NCBI GenBank assembly: GCA_976226885.1
Contig: OZ320319.1
Span: 67,022,001-67,086,000, forward strand
DNA from: Iphione sp. A-MEVVRFRX5
Taxonomy: Eukaryota
Direction of reading: 5' to 3'
DNA: 64,000 bases
Part shown: in pieces, positions 1-13,300 of the stretch
Numbering within the stretch: the first letter of the stretch is position 1
Layout of the letters: each line of letters starts with the position of its first letter
The notes under the pieces: generated by a model
What the model saw: the letters and a program-made list of their open reading frames with translations, nothing else
Databases searched by the model: none
Told to the model about the DNA's origin: nothing
Position numbers and translations under genes: made by a program

Positions 1-579
1 TTCTTTTCATTTGACGATGACAAAGCGGACATTACATTTGCTCTCCGGCGAGCATTACATTCAGCGGCGCGAACTTTGGGTTGCGATTGGCTCATTTGCG
101 CTGCTTCCCCGACGGTCAAATCTGGTTGTTATGGACAATGTGGCCCAGTGACTTCTCTGCCTTTCATGGAGAAATATTGCAATGGGGCACTGGGGCAAAC
201 CATGTTTGCTCCCATCTGACTCCCTAAAGCCACGGGATGCGTTCAGGGACATTACACATAGAAAAACCGGCTCTAATCGATAGAATAATATCCCATACAT
301 GGTGACCGTAGTCATTTGGCCGGCCGGCCGGCTCGGTCTACAGGGCATTAGTCCTCCCTGGCACTAGAACAATGCATGATCATTGCACACGGTGCACATC
401 CAACTTCCCACTCGGTCGCTAGTGTATGAGGAAGCTGTACTCACGCTCCACTAGAGGACTAGTTTTCCTATCGAGCTTGTGTTGCATTACTTTCCATTAT
501 TTTCGAGCACACTGTAATTACAATGTTATGCGATTCTCATTCATATGTTGCATTGCACCTATGCACGTATGTGTATGTA

Positions 580-842
580 TGGACTGTTCGTTTTTTTAGC
601 AGTGCTCATTAATTTCAAGCAAATACATCGGTGCATTTTCTCATCGAAGTGCAATGCTACTATGTACGCTGATGATTTATCATCGGTGATCTATGCTAAG
701 ACTCCATCTGAAATGGTTAACTTGATTGAAGACAGCGCGTCACTGAGATAAAAATGTGTTGTGCAAGAAATAGCCTTGTACTGAATGAAAATAAAACAAG
801 ATATTCCAAATAGGAATAAAACAAAATGGTACTCACCCAGAA
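580..842 (+). mobile_element. Decayed CR1/L2-group LINE reverse transcriptase fragment (YADD region)
   Basis: Translates as ...CNATMYADDLSSVIYAKT..., then after a stop/frameshift ...NSLVLNENKT. This matches the LINE RT pattern YADD followed about 35 aa later by N-x-L-x-LN-x-x-KT. Confidence 0.7.
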
Positions 843-918
843 AGTTTGCCTTCTGGGTGAGTACCATTTTGTTTGATTCCTATTTGGAATATCTTGTTTT
901 ATTTTCATTCAGTACAAG
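775..918. repeat. Near-perfect palindrome: 68-bp arms (775-842 and 851-918), 8-nt spacer, one mismatch
   Basis: cttgtactgaatgaaaataaaacaagatattcc...gtactcacccagaa / agtttgcc / ttctgggtgagtac...ggaatatcttgttttattttcattcagtacaag. It explains the mirror ORFs 717..908(-) and 785..967(+). Confidence 0.97.
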
Positions 919-1033
919 ACATTTGTGGGGGAAAACGCACATTTTGCTCAAATTCAGAAATTTATAGAAAGATTCCAGACAGTTGTGGAAAAACACACAT
1001 TTGACACAAACTCAAATTCAGTGAACACGCAAA

Positions 1034-1058
1034 ACACACACACACACACACGCACACG
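1034..1058. repeat. (CA)n microsatellite
   Basis: acacacacacacacacacgcacacg. Confidence 0.9.
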
Positions 1059-4000
1059 CTGATATGTAATGCGGCCCTAAAAGAGCGATGCACGCTTCGT
1101 CTACGATGAGCGTGATAAAAATACCCGTAACGTGACCTAAAAATAGCATCCACCGAGACACAATTGGCGCGGAGGTGATGCCAATATCGTCGAAGGCAAG
1201 GGGCATTTTTAGTATGTGCTTCTGGCCTCTGGAGAAATATGCTCGGCACAGAGGGGCGGGGAGTGTCTCCGGTGCCTGGAGAAGGGGCGCAGTAGGCGGG
1301 CGTCGCTGCTGACTGCCCCAGCGCGGGTAAGGGTTACTAAAAGCAAGACAGTCCGTTCAATACATGCGGACGCGCGGGTGTCAATTGGAAAGAAGCTCCC
1401 TCAGAGGGAGAACGTAGACGGAGTGTACCCACTGGGCGACCGCGCCAAACAAGTCACCTTCACCGGCGTCCCTATTAATGAGGCGTTCGCTCGGTACGGT
1501 CACCTGTCCCTCATCTTGACACATCACAAAGAGAAGCAAGGGAGAAGGAGACGCCGCACCCACCCCCCAGCCCCACCCCACTCCCAGCAACACTAAACTC
1601 TTCTCGCATATGAATCACACAGGCCACCATATACGTGGCCGGGGGAGTGAGTGCCCAGCATCCAGGCGGAGTCGGGGGAGAGGCATATGCGTTTCGTTGT
1701 TATGGGGATGGCACCAGTAGAGAGAGGACGTCGACCCGTTATTTGGTCGCCTCTGTGTTTCTCCTGCCGCCTCCCCAACTCACACAGTTGATCGATGTAC
1801 GCCCACAGACCCTGCGCCTGCCGCCAGGGATCTACAGGCCTTTTACAACACCCGTGCACTTTACTGACGCTGCGCCGGTCCACACAACAATGCAAAAGAG
1901 AAGATACTTCATCTGGAGAATAACAACAACTCGCCGTCAAAGCCGCTAGTCTAGAGAAATTTGTTCGCGAAACTGGCATACAGACAAAGCCAGAGACACC
2001 CACACGCGGCACAGTCCCTGACAGAGGCATCGATGTCAGCGTGAGGAACAGTCACTGAACGCTGAAGGGGTTACCATGACACACTTTCGACTACCGGAGT
2101 CCGTATGATGGTTTCTATGGCGGTCGACCAATACACGAGGACGTGTTTACGCGCGCCACACCCGGCCGGTATTCCAGCCTTGTGTTTCTAGGGGCCATTA
2201 CCAGCGAGCACTATCCGTTTTAAAGCGGGTGATACATGATTCCAAGAAGGCGGTCGATTTTTGTCCTGTGGCCTGGCGCCTTTTTCACGCAGCGGTCAAC
2301 AACCACTTCCCCGTCCCTTCCGCTACTCGGGAGGAGAAGGGGATGACACTGGTGGTGAAACGTCGTCGAGTGGACACACATCGTTAAACCCACGTGGACG
2401 GGTGCCATGACTCTACCGCTTACGTAGAAAAAAAGATCTCCATTCAGCTTAACTTACGTAAGGGGATATAAGCGAGACAAGTAGCGAGCACAACCACACC
2501 GTGAATGTACTGACCCTCCGAGCGGCTGCCAAGAAACAACCCGGCGGATTAGGTTGCCGTATGCGTTGGTCAGTCTACGTTTAATTCATACGGCTCAATT
2601 AACCTTGAATCTGGTCGCGGCGTGTCAAGTGATTGGCCTCGCTTTCTGGTAATGTGCATTTGATATATTTGGTGCCAGCCAAGGTGCGGATTCGCTAGAC
2701 GCCATCGACTCGGGGAGGGTGGCGGGGGGTGGGGGCGTGTGGGTGGATCAAGACCCCCGGAAGTGTTCACGGTCGGGCATGTCGGCAAAGGCGCGAACGG
2801 GCGGCCCGCATACCTGCTGCGTGATGCATTTAACACCGGACCGGCGGCACTGAGCGCCAGCAGACATACACACACGCGCACACGCACACACACCTACCTA
2901 CCGATGCTTTCGATGATTGCTCCTCTAATGTTCTCTAACAAGTGAATTCACCACCGAAGAACACCATCGCGACAGGGCGGGCGAGCGCCACCACATCGTC
3001 GGCAATGTTGCACTCGCTTTCAGTATGAAGGGAAGCGCCGTCTCCGGTTGACGCTGCCAATTGTAGGGGACTGGCAGCTTCTCGACTGACATTTACAGAT
3101 TGGAAAGTGGAGATCATGAAAGGAAAGTGAGAGCGGAGACCAGGTCGTGAGTGAGGGAGTGTCTGGAGGGGAGAAGAGGAGGAGGAGTACACAGAAGGAG
3201 TTGGGTGCCAAGGGCGCACAGCGCAGCCTGACGTACACTGGACCCCCGGAGGATTTTGGAGGCAGCAGTGAACTGGAAAGGGGCGCCTAGATCCCAGCAC
3301 AGACACTGCGTGCACCTTTAGCTGTTTTGTGTAACAGCTGTTCCTGTTGTTGTTGCTGTTGTGGCTGCTGTGGTTGATGGTGTGGCTGCTGCTGCTGCTT
3401 CGACTGCTGCTACCGGCCACTGAAGCTGCTTGGAAAGAGTACGTGTACGTAGACCCATCCCTTATTCCTCACCCCATGCACAGCGAGTGTGTGCACCTTC
3501 ACCGCCGCCGCTCCGAGGATGTCGGCTCCGTTAAATCTCATGTAGGAAGAGCGTGCCCCTCCCCCTGAGCGAAGCTACTCTCCATACGCCAGTTCTAGCA
3601 GCCCCGATTGGCCTTATAACCTGGAGCACAAGATGTGTGGCAGTCACAAGGTCCTCTCCGATCGCCCACGTTAACACACTGACAGAATGGTATTACCACC
3701 ACCACCACCACTCCGGACCCCGTCCCTCTCGCCCAGAGCGTTCCGTTCCGACTGAATCTACCGTCGTCCTGTACGGACGCCGGGCACTCACAGGCAACAT
3801 TCCGGCCATTGTGAACACTTATTCAGCCAGTTGAAGATAGCCATCATATCGTGGGAGACGAACTTGGCGCAGTTCGCAAATACGTGGATTATGAATTCTG
3901 TAAAGTTTGGCGGCCACTAAGTCATACTGACAGCAGGTAAGTCGACGTTTCTGTTTGCAGACCGACCCGCTCGTGACATTTTTGTTAACACAGAATGTCT

Positions 4001-5410
4001 TCTGCCCTGGGGGCGGGGATGGGAGGAAGTAATGTTCACTTAAAATTTGATCGTGATAGTAATTGCCTGACCTCTAACATCTCCGTGTGTGACCCGTACC
4101 TGTGTGCGACCCATACCTGTTCCTGTGAAGAGAATAGGCCAAACATGCATGTTTTTGTACCCATATAGCGTGATCATGCGTAGCTTTGGGCAACACGTCT
4201 TGGCCCATAATAAATACTGTTTCCAACACTGTCTTTCCTTTCTCATATTCGTGAAAAAAAGGGAAATGACTCCATCCGAGCGACATGTAACTTATAAAAC
4301 ACTGTTATAACAGAGCGTCTATTTGCAGGCATTTATTGTTTATTCAGTTCAGTCATTTGGATAGTTGTTTTGGGACACGGGCATCCACCTCAACACGTAT
4401 TCTGTGTACGGTTTTGCCTCTATATCTAGTATCAGATACCTGCATTATTTATACGTATGGCACCTATCGATGTATCATGGTGGCGGTTTGCTGCCCGACC
4501 TACTCACAACAGAGACGTATTTTCCTCAACAATAATGCTTGCATTGGCCTTAATCAGCCAGTGTTCGCCTAATTAATCCAACAACACATACTGGAGCTTG
4601 ATATCCGACGATGGGATGACTAATTTTTACTATCGCAAGCAGCACGCGCCTAGTTGAGGTTGGCGGGGGGTTATTTTGTATTTGCATGTTGAGGCTGGAG
4701 TATACTAATAATGTTCCTTTATGTGTCATACCCTGCTATGGCCCGTCAGCCACCATCTTTTACCCCCCCCCCCACCCCACCCCACCCCCTTACCCCGCCG
4801 ATAGCTGCCCGACCGTCTGGCCGCATCTCGTTGCCATAATATTGCGTGCGCTGACTCAGACTCCAAGGTATGCCGCAACCTTTGGTATTGACAAGATCGT
4901 CTCTATCCATGCACCGTTACAAGGCATTGTGTATTTCTGTGCACCGCACCCTCGTGGCAGAGGGTGTCCACATACTTTAAGCAATGTGTTGCGCGGTTCC
5001 CAGCGGGCGGCCGGATTTCTATTTCTGATAACTCCATCCGATTCATTGATCAGGGAGAAGAGATGATATATGGATCGATTCTTCTGTTTCACACACTATA
5101 CGCTTGGTGCACCCGCCGCTCTGCGTCGCTAGTAGTTTCCTCGACCAAGTATTGCGGGCCACTGACTGTTGCCTGTGGGAACCGATGGTGTATCAGCTGG
5201 CACATTTCCTCCCTTATTCAGTACCCAGGGCAGCAACCCCTGGCTTTAACTCGATCCTCAAGAAATGTGAGCAGATAGGGGACCATTCTCATCACCTGGG
5301 TGTTCTGTCAAATCCCGTTTTGGTTGTTAATTCCTTGTAGGCATGGTACAGTTTCTTCCAGTGACTAAAACTAAACATTGGTAGCGGTCATCTTCGAGGA
5401 ACTTTCACAG

Positions 5411-5470
5411 AATACAATGCAATGCAATACAAACCTTATCCACAGGAAAAGTAAATCGCATGTGGATACA
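5411..5470 (-). mobile_element. 3' terminus of a CR1/L2-type LINE (stem-loop plus short tandem tail)
   Basis: The minus strand reads tatccaca-16 nt-tgtggata (8-bp stem), then aggtt tgtattgcattgcattgtatt. Stem-loop plus microsatellite tail is the usual 3' end of CR1/L2-group elements. Confidence 0.55.
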
Positions 5471-5933
5471 CACAGGTACCAATACTTAGCATACTTTAGA
5501 CGAGACTTGTTCCTAATAGCTGACACTAGTAAAAAAATCGTTGTCTAGACTTGTACTGATCATACTATATAACAATAGATGAGAAGCAAGCCTGTCATGA
5601 GCTTATCAGTATAACAATTTGCAAATGCATAATTTACAATGGAATGTAATATACAGCTGAGTTTTTGTCCATCCAGTAACTACTAATACAGTTTTCTCTG
5701 GATGGTTATGTACAACTGGAGAAAAAAACTGAGGAGTGATGCATTGTAATATTTGGTAATTGATACCACAATTTCTCAAAGTGATACATTACAGAATTTA
5801 TTAACTTTTCTTTTCATGGTTTACAATTGTAATGTTATTTTTATTTGTTTGTCATTCTGGCTTTAGCCCCCCTTGTTCTCAATTTCGTAGCTAGATATTG
5901 CAGAACGCACCCTTAGTACATATATTTCCTGTA

Positions 5934-6605
5934 GGGCTAAAACAAAAAATAGGTGTGTTTCTTGTTACCAGCCCCTACCTAAGAAAACCTCACCCTACCT
6001 AAAGAATTGGTTGCCTGAAAGAGTCTCTAAGACTGAATTTCCTTATGTGCATGTTTTCACAGTACATGTACTACATATTTTCATGCCCATAATTTCTCAG
6101 GCAGTCGGATGTGTTTGCACAGAAGATATCATCTGCACAGTATTTTTATTTGCATGTTTTCAGTACATTCTGTGGAAAAACATCAAAATCCATGCAAATT
6201 TGAAAAAAAACTGTAAAAGTAGGTTTACAACTATAGAAGAAATGGTAAACTTTATGTAAAGTGGACCACAAAAAGTGCAAAATTCATGCAAATTCAGTTG
6301 AAAAATGGCAAAGCTCATGAAGTTTTCACTGAAAAAGTGTACAATCTATCTAAAATTGGTAGAAAAAATAAACTGCCAAACAGACCTTTCCAATCCAAAA
6401 ATATGGCAGCAAGTACATAAAAACATGTTACACCATACATGCTGCATGGTACATGCATATTTATAAGGAAATAGTCCTGGTATGATCCCTAGTTCCTAGA
6501 AATACATACCATCATGGTAGTCAAAATACACACCTAAGGAAATTCAGAGTTAAGTAAGGGACACAGAACAAGGAAAATACATGAGGCCAATACAAATTAG
6601 ACTTT
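5934..6605. mobile_element. Decayed MITE-like element, same family as 61979-62306 in the opposite orientation
   Basis: 5934-6050 and 6165-6215 align by eye with the reverse complement of 62100-62306, e.g. attctgtggaaaaacatcaaaatccatgcaaattt vs attcagtagaaaaacaaaaaatccatggaaattc. There is an internal inverted pair, ctgaatttcctta (about 6030) and taaggaaattcag (about 6536). The right boundary is approximate. Confidence 0.6.
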
Positions 6606-7379
6606 AAATTTTAAAATTTATTAAAGCAATGTCAATTGTTTGAATAGATTACAAGTGATTTTGTAGTCTATTCTAGAAAGATGACTTATCAGCACCCCAT
6701 GTAAAACCCCATGTGATGGCTCTTCTATTGGCTGATATGGTGTTTATTACTGGCTCAAATGGTTTAAATGCAGAAAAAGGCAAATCTGTTTTGGAGAAGT
6801 TTTCATCTATGTACCCTGTGTAGATTACATGTCATGATGAAACTGACCCATACAAAGCCTTCTTCTTATTGTCTTTATTATTGTTGAAAACAGCATGGCC
6901 TCTTTCTGTCAATTGACTTAGTGTGGCTTGACATTGAGTTGACTATCTACTCCCAAATAACTGCATGTGCCAAATTCTTCAGTATTTTGTCATTATAATA
7001 CAAGTCCAAGGTACATCTGTTATGTCTATAATCAAATTGCATGACATTTGTTTTTGTAAGAGTAACCTTTATTCTGCCATTTACATCCCATTTTTGTAAA
7101 ACATTTAGTCATTGCTGCAATATCGTGGAACAGATATCAAGGTTTTTATTGCCATTCTCACCAGTTTATCTTCACTTGATATTGCCTTACATCCTGAAAA
7201 AAGTTGGGCAGTCGTTTGTTAGAATCTGAAAGGGAAAGGGTCACATAATGAGTCCCGTGAGGAACGCGGCATTCAGTATACCTTACTCTGATTGTATGCT
7301 ATTCACCGCTGTAGCTTGGCATCTGTCTTTCACATAATTTACACTTCTAGTTTTGAAGGAGTACAAATGTGATATACAT

Positions 7380-7863
7380 GTACTGTCCAAAATATGTGTA
7401 AAATTAACAACTACACATACTACTTTCTTATTTTGGTTTTAAATGGTTCAAATCAATCAAATCTGTTAATATGCTTGCTGCCAATTCAGCCCTTGCCTAA
7501 TGTTCATTTGCTGGCGCATGATTGCATTGAAAGAAGTAATGTGGTCTGTAGAATTCAAACCTTTCCAGTACTTTATTACGATGGTTATTGGCCATTTATT
7601 ACCGGGTTGGTTTTAATAAGTTTTTTTTGTATAATTATATGTGTCACCATTGCCATTTTATAGTCATCAGATATTTCACCTGCGGCTATTGATAAATTCA
7701 TAAGATATTGAAATATTTCTGTATTTTTGTTCATTAAATGTTTCAACAGAATTGTCAGGATAGCATCTAAGCCACTTGCTTTAATTGTATTTATGATTCG
7801 TATTGTCTTAAATATCACCCCCTTGTTATATTTACATAGCATAATCTCGCCTTGCTTTTTCAT
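7380..7863 (-). mobile_element. Decayed CR1/L2-group LINE RT fragment (N-terminal part of RT)
   Basis: ORF 7585..7863: KASGLDAI..LLK..IFQYLMNLSIAAGEISDDYKMAMVTHI, matching the KAxGxDxI / FNxSLxxGxxPxxWKxAxVxPI region. Frameshifted continuation gives QQMNIRQG (QxGFRxG) and VVVNFTHILDS (FxDFxKAFDS). Confidence 0.8.
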
Positions 7864-10288
7864 ACTGTATGTTTATATTTCAAGAGTTAAACAGACATGA
7901 AGAATGTATTAACGTCATTTGCCATGGTCTTGTCACATAGAGCTTCTTCGGGATTTCTTAATGTTCTTTTGGACTTATGAGCTTCAAAATCCACCTTAGT
8001 TCTCATCACTTACCAAATCATCCTGGGATCATCAGTATTATGTTCCGTTTTGTTTGTCAGTACGTAAACAGGACGTAGTTGATGAAGCCCTTCACATAGA
8101 TGGTATTTAATGACATACCATATATGAAATCATGGCCTTAGAATATCTTTGAAAGATCTCTTCTAAACTTTCTACTATGGAAACAAAGTTTGAACAGAAG
8201 AAACAAATGCACTCTCACTTGTCTTAGGAACTGTTCACATGTATTCATATGAAAAATAAGCTTACAGATCCAAAAGCATAGCTACCCCAGGTAGACATGC
8301 ATCATGATGTTATACCAGATGGTAGCAATATTCTTTCCACTGTAAAGGTCTGTGAGCTATGTGTCTGTGTGCATTGATATCCCTTCCTACCTGAGTTTTG
8401 AAAATACGTGAACGAATCTGTCCGCGTAAGTTAGCTATACATGCACTATGGAGACATCAGAAGAGTCTAGTTGATAACATAGGTACAAGGATATGGATAA
8501 ATGTGAATAGCCCCGAACGGATGATACAAATTTCACCCGTTTTTTAAAACAGTCTTATTTTTCTAAGCCACAAGTTTCAACACCACATAGCGTTTCTTAT
8601 GATAGTAAAATTGGCTGTAAGGAAAGTTGAGACAGACGAAAAAAGACAAGAATAGAACAACGTGGTATAGAGTGAACGTCGGTGAACAGTATTAATGGAG
8701 AATATAGAGAAGTGACGCACTGTGACTTCCCTTCATTTCAGCAGTATATATCACATGCTCATATGTCTGAGTAACAGCCATGTATATGTCTGTCACCTTA
8801 GCTATACTATTGCATATTTAAATTTTACCACCTGGAAGTAAATTATGGTATTGTGACGAGGTACTTCACCTCGACTCTCCAAGCTCATCGTCAGCTGTCT
8901 GTTTAAGTGGATATCCTACTGTTGGATATGTGCAGTGGCCGAAAGTAGGTGCCTCACTGCATGTCGCAAATGGCAACCATCACATAATCTTCCCAACAAA
9001 TGTTGCCAGTGCCCATTGTTTCGTGTATGTATAACATACATCCAAGTTGTTGGCATCTGAATATGCCAGTTAATACTTTCAATGGGTTGATTTACCGGAA
9101 TGGCAACCTTGGTGCATCCGATTTTGAATACGTACAGCCATATTTCCATGATCTGTATCCTTTTAACCTATGATTATATATTGATCTCTTAATGTAGCTA
9201 CCTGGAATAGATATGAGGATGTGTATTAATGTCTTACTACTACTATTTATGGGAACAGCTTGTGACTGTTTCCTCGCTTCAGTGTTGTACACAGTGCATT
9301 TTCTGTTTAGGCCCGGCTTCCATACCTGTGGAGCCTTGTATAGGTGTCCAGGTGCATATCCTTGCATGAAAAACGTTTCCACAAGGCTCCGCAGACTCAT
9401 GCACAGGGGTGTCCATCGCTATCTGTGAAGGACAGTGCATGAAATCATGGGAAAAATATGAAAAATGGCAAAAACAATACCCAAAACATGCTTATTTCAT
9501 GGAAAATAGGCCAAAAACGACAATAGCATACTAGTACAGGAAAAGAAACATAGAACAACATAGGAATAGGAGTGACAGGTAGGGATGAGCTCTGAGCACT
9601 CAGATTTGGGGATGCGTTCAAAAATCATTTTTGTAATATATATCTCGCTATGATAGTCTTTGTTTATCAACATCACTTTGGCTTCCGAGAAACCTAGTCA
9701 CAATACGTGTGAGGACAGTGCAAGTGTGTTTAAACGTATATATTGGCGAGTACGACAGTAAAATACAGGAACAATGTGCGGACAGCTTTGTGTATGGATC
9801 AGACACATTTGGATTATGCAAGAATTCATACTATAGAGATGCGTGGGTATGATCGTAACATTCCAATGAGTTTTGAATATGCAGGATATCCATATTACAC
9901 AGGGCTAGAATGCACCAGCAGACCGTAAATCATGTACATGTATACATCAGGTTATGCTTGGCAGTGTTGAATGTGCGCAAGAGCACTGGTCTCTGAATTA
10001 ATCGATTGTATGCATGCATACCGCCCGCCAAGTTCCCAACGAAATGACCGCACAAGACACATCTGTATGCGTGAATACGTTGCTTAGAGCACAGATCGAT
10101 ATAATATGTGGTAACTGTGTTGCTCAAGAATATCCTTGAAATAGATAGCATTGCAACAGCAATTGGAGCAAAATTATGTAATTGCTACACGCGTTTACCA
10201 AATTTATAGATCAGAATTTCGGCAGTGTTACGATAAACATGAAAACTGTGTCAATCCAAGAGTAATGACTTTGATAAAGTTTTTTGAA

Positions 10289-10378
10289 GAGCTAGCACCA
10301 GCCGGGAATTGAACTCCAGACATTTGCCTTAGGAGACCAGTACCTAAGCGTCTGAGCTAAAGGGTTGACTCCACTAGC
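10289..10378 (-). mobile_element. tRNA-derived SINE-like repeat, copy A (not a functional tRNA)
   Basis: The minus strand reads gctagtggagtcaaccctttagctcagacgcttaggtactggtctcctaaggcaaatgtctggagttcaattcccggctggtgctagc, with an A-box-like TAGCTCAG and a B-box-like GAGTTCAATTCC. The acceptor stem does not pair. Related copies lie at 15.7 and 16.0 kb. Confidence 0.75.
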
Positions 10379-13300
10379 TTTATAAGGCTAGATGTTGGCT
10401 TTGGCTCCATGAACTTATCAGAATAGCTCATATCTCACTTTACATTTATACCATGTACATTCCACCACCAAGACACTAATCGTGTCAGTTGCAGAATCAT
10501 TATCCACAACCCTCGCTACATCAGTTCCTCACACCCATATTCTTCTCTTTCCCATTTTTCCTTCACATTCTCTCCAACTGCCTCCCTATTTGGTACCTGG
10601 AGAGTTGCAGTCTCTTCCAGGCTGCCTCTGCTCATGATATACATGTAAATGTATATGCCAAACGGCGGCCCAGTGCAAAAGTCCCCCTTGAATGATTAAA
10701 GCGCTGCGCATAGTTTGCACTAACGTTGGAAAGGAAATAGTTGGACTGTCTGAAAAGGGAGCTGAATGGATTAAATCTTATGGGCTACTCCGCAAATCCT
10801 CCAAGTCGAATTTGTCCTGTACACGTACTGCCGGATTTAAATGAGGAGTAATTCTAACCAAAATGAAAGCTAGGCTTGATAATGTTTGACCCGGAACCTT
10901 TTTAAGGACATGTGGCACATACGATGCTGACATACTAGGAGAAAATATTGCTGATATACAGCTCCAGAAACTTGAGACACATATATACATGTGTGTACTT
11001 GCATGTGAGGTACATAGGTTTGCACACGCTCATAGGTAAAACTACCTAGCTAATGCTAATAAAGCTCGCTCATAGGCCAATAAAGGTGACGACTGCATAC
11101 CATCGTTTGCAACACAGTCCTCATAACATAACATAACATTTACCTAACTTTTATGATGTGAGTAATACGAATAATGCAGTTCATGACTATATCTCAAGAA
11201 AAGCCGAATTTTCCCTGGGAGTTCAGGGAATGTTCAACTTCAGTGTTTTTTTCGGCAAGGTTATGTGCAATAAAGGGGATGCCATATAGTGCCGGTCAGT
11301 GCGCACATATAACCATTCAAGTATAAATTAATGCTCATTGTGCATAATGAGTGGCCTGAGAATTGATTATTTATTTACTCTTCACATGTTTGTTAAGGTG
11401 TAAACCCATTGAATGTATTGAAGTCCTGGACAGTCTGAATGTGCCAGTATAATGCCAATAAAGACACCTCAAGTGTATCCATTGTGTGCGGAGACCAGCT
11501 AGCAAAAAGTAGCGAAAATACTCAAAAGCAATCAAACTGAAGGGGTTAATGTGATTAATAGCACGTTTAATATAACTAAACTAATGTAAATCTATTCAAC
11601 TGCAGATTGCCTGTCTTAAATGCACCAATTTTAAATTTAGACAGGACACCATTTCGATATAATGGAAAATGCATTTTGTGTGTGTTTAACTGGGCTCTGT
11701 GCTTGTCACTGACACAATTAAAACGGTTCGACATAGCACTAGTTCTTTTAAAAGAATTCCGGGGTGTTTTATTTATGAAGGAGCGACTTGTGCTTGTGAA
11801 GAGTGTACAAACTATTAGAGTAGAGTGTCAATCTGATAAATCAGAACATAAGTAATCCTCACACAAAGCTGAATTACTTACAAAGCAATGTGATCCCAGT
11901 GATTGTTGAATAAGCTCTAGATGAAGGATCGTGTGTATGCATTATTTTATTTCTAAAACATGAAAGCAAAAGACGGAGGGGTGTAGATGATACAAACAGT
12001 CCACAGAACAGAGCAAAATGGAAAAGTGAAAATGTGTGTGTCATAGCAAGGGGTCCTATGGTTTGGTCCACCTCGTATAACTTGAACCATTTGCATGGAC
12101 ATTTTATTTCAAGAAGTTATTTTTGATATAACGTTGCTATGAACGTATGCATGTTATTCATCGTACATAAGACACATGTAGCATGCTGCATAAAGTTTGT
12201 CCTACATCAAGAATTGTGCCACTGAATTCAAGGAAAAAGGTAGTGTAACGAATGCTTTTTCTCGGACGTGATTGAGCAAGTTCTCTTAAGGCGATTTGTC
12301 GAACGCAAACGTTCCCTAAAAGCTTGCAGTTATACGAAAAATAAACGTGTCCATATAACTTTGGTGTTGACTACATCCGTTTATTTGCCTAACATATGCT
12401 ATGCTTATCTGTTATTCCATTTATAACAGAAATTTGTTAATGTATTCCACTTAACTTCGAAATGGTGATACCTTTTGTTTTGTGTAGGTGTAAAAACAGA
12501 ATGAATAAAACAAGTACAGCAGCCTCATTATTAAGACATCAACTAGAAGAAGCCAGAAGCACCTGCCATAGCTTAAGAATTTAGACAATACATCTTCATT
12601 GTTTCCTTATCCAACCATTGGCTGTTGTCATTTTAATTCAAAAAGGAGAATATAGGTGCGTGTAGCAGTATTATTAGTACATACATAGGGATTGTAATTG
12701 AGTAGAGCACTCTCTCGGGACTGAAAAAGTCTGAGCTTTACAACACGATGAAAATATATTTATCAAACGAAGTTTTGTGCATATTGTTCATACGGCAATC
12801 TCGCAAGGTTTAGATATGAATAAGCAATCGTTCTTGTCTGTAGTTCCAGAAGGAAATACTTCGAGACTGTTATTAGAGGGTACGACCCGTTTCAATATTT
12901 TAACGGAAAATACCATTCACTTTGTGATGTTTCATATACACATTGTAGATAAAATGTAAAGGCCACAACCCCCCTCTAATTTTTTAATTGTGATTGCAAA
13001 ATATTTCTATATTTCTTTACTTTACATGTCCTATCTCCCAAAGATTAACAGTGGTGGTTTATTAGTATATAGCTTTAAGGTCATGCACCCCAATCGGTAG
13101 AGAATCATTCCATCTCCAGTAACCGTAGTGTCTGTAATTTATTTCTCTCAGTTGATCCATGATTACTATACAGATTCATATTTATCACCTACTTTTCATG
13201 CAGAGGCTATGTAAATATAATAGTATTAAACTAAGCACAATAAAATGTTATTAAGATAGATGTTATGATGAGTTACCAAGTAGAAGGCATTTTTGGGATT

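Noticed and set aside
2935-3420. 161-aa Ser/Asn-rich minus-strand ORF
   Set aside because: It arises from CTG/GTT repeats, has no recognisable domain, and equally long ORFs overlap it on the other strand.
10289-10378. Functional tRNA gene, also considered for 27388-27461 and 34661-34721
   Set aside because: The acceptor and anticodon stems do not pair properly, and the sequences sit within repeat context.
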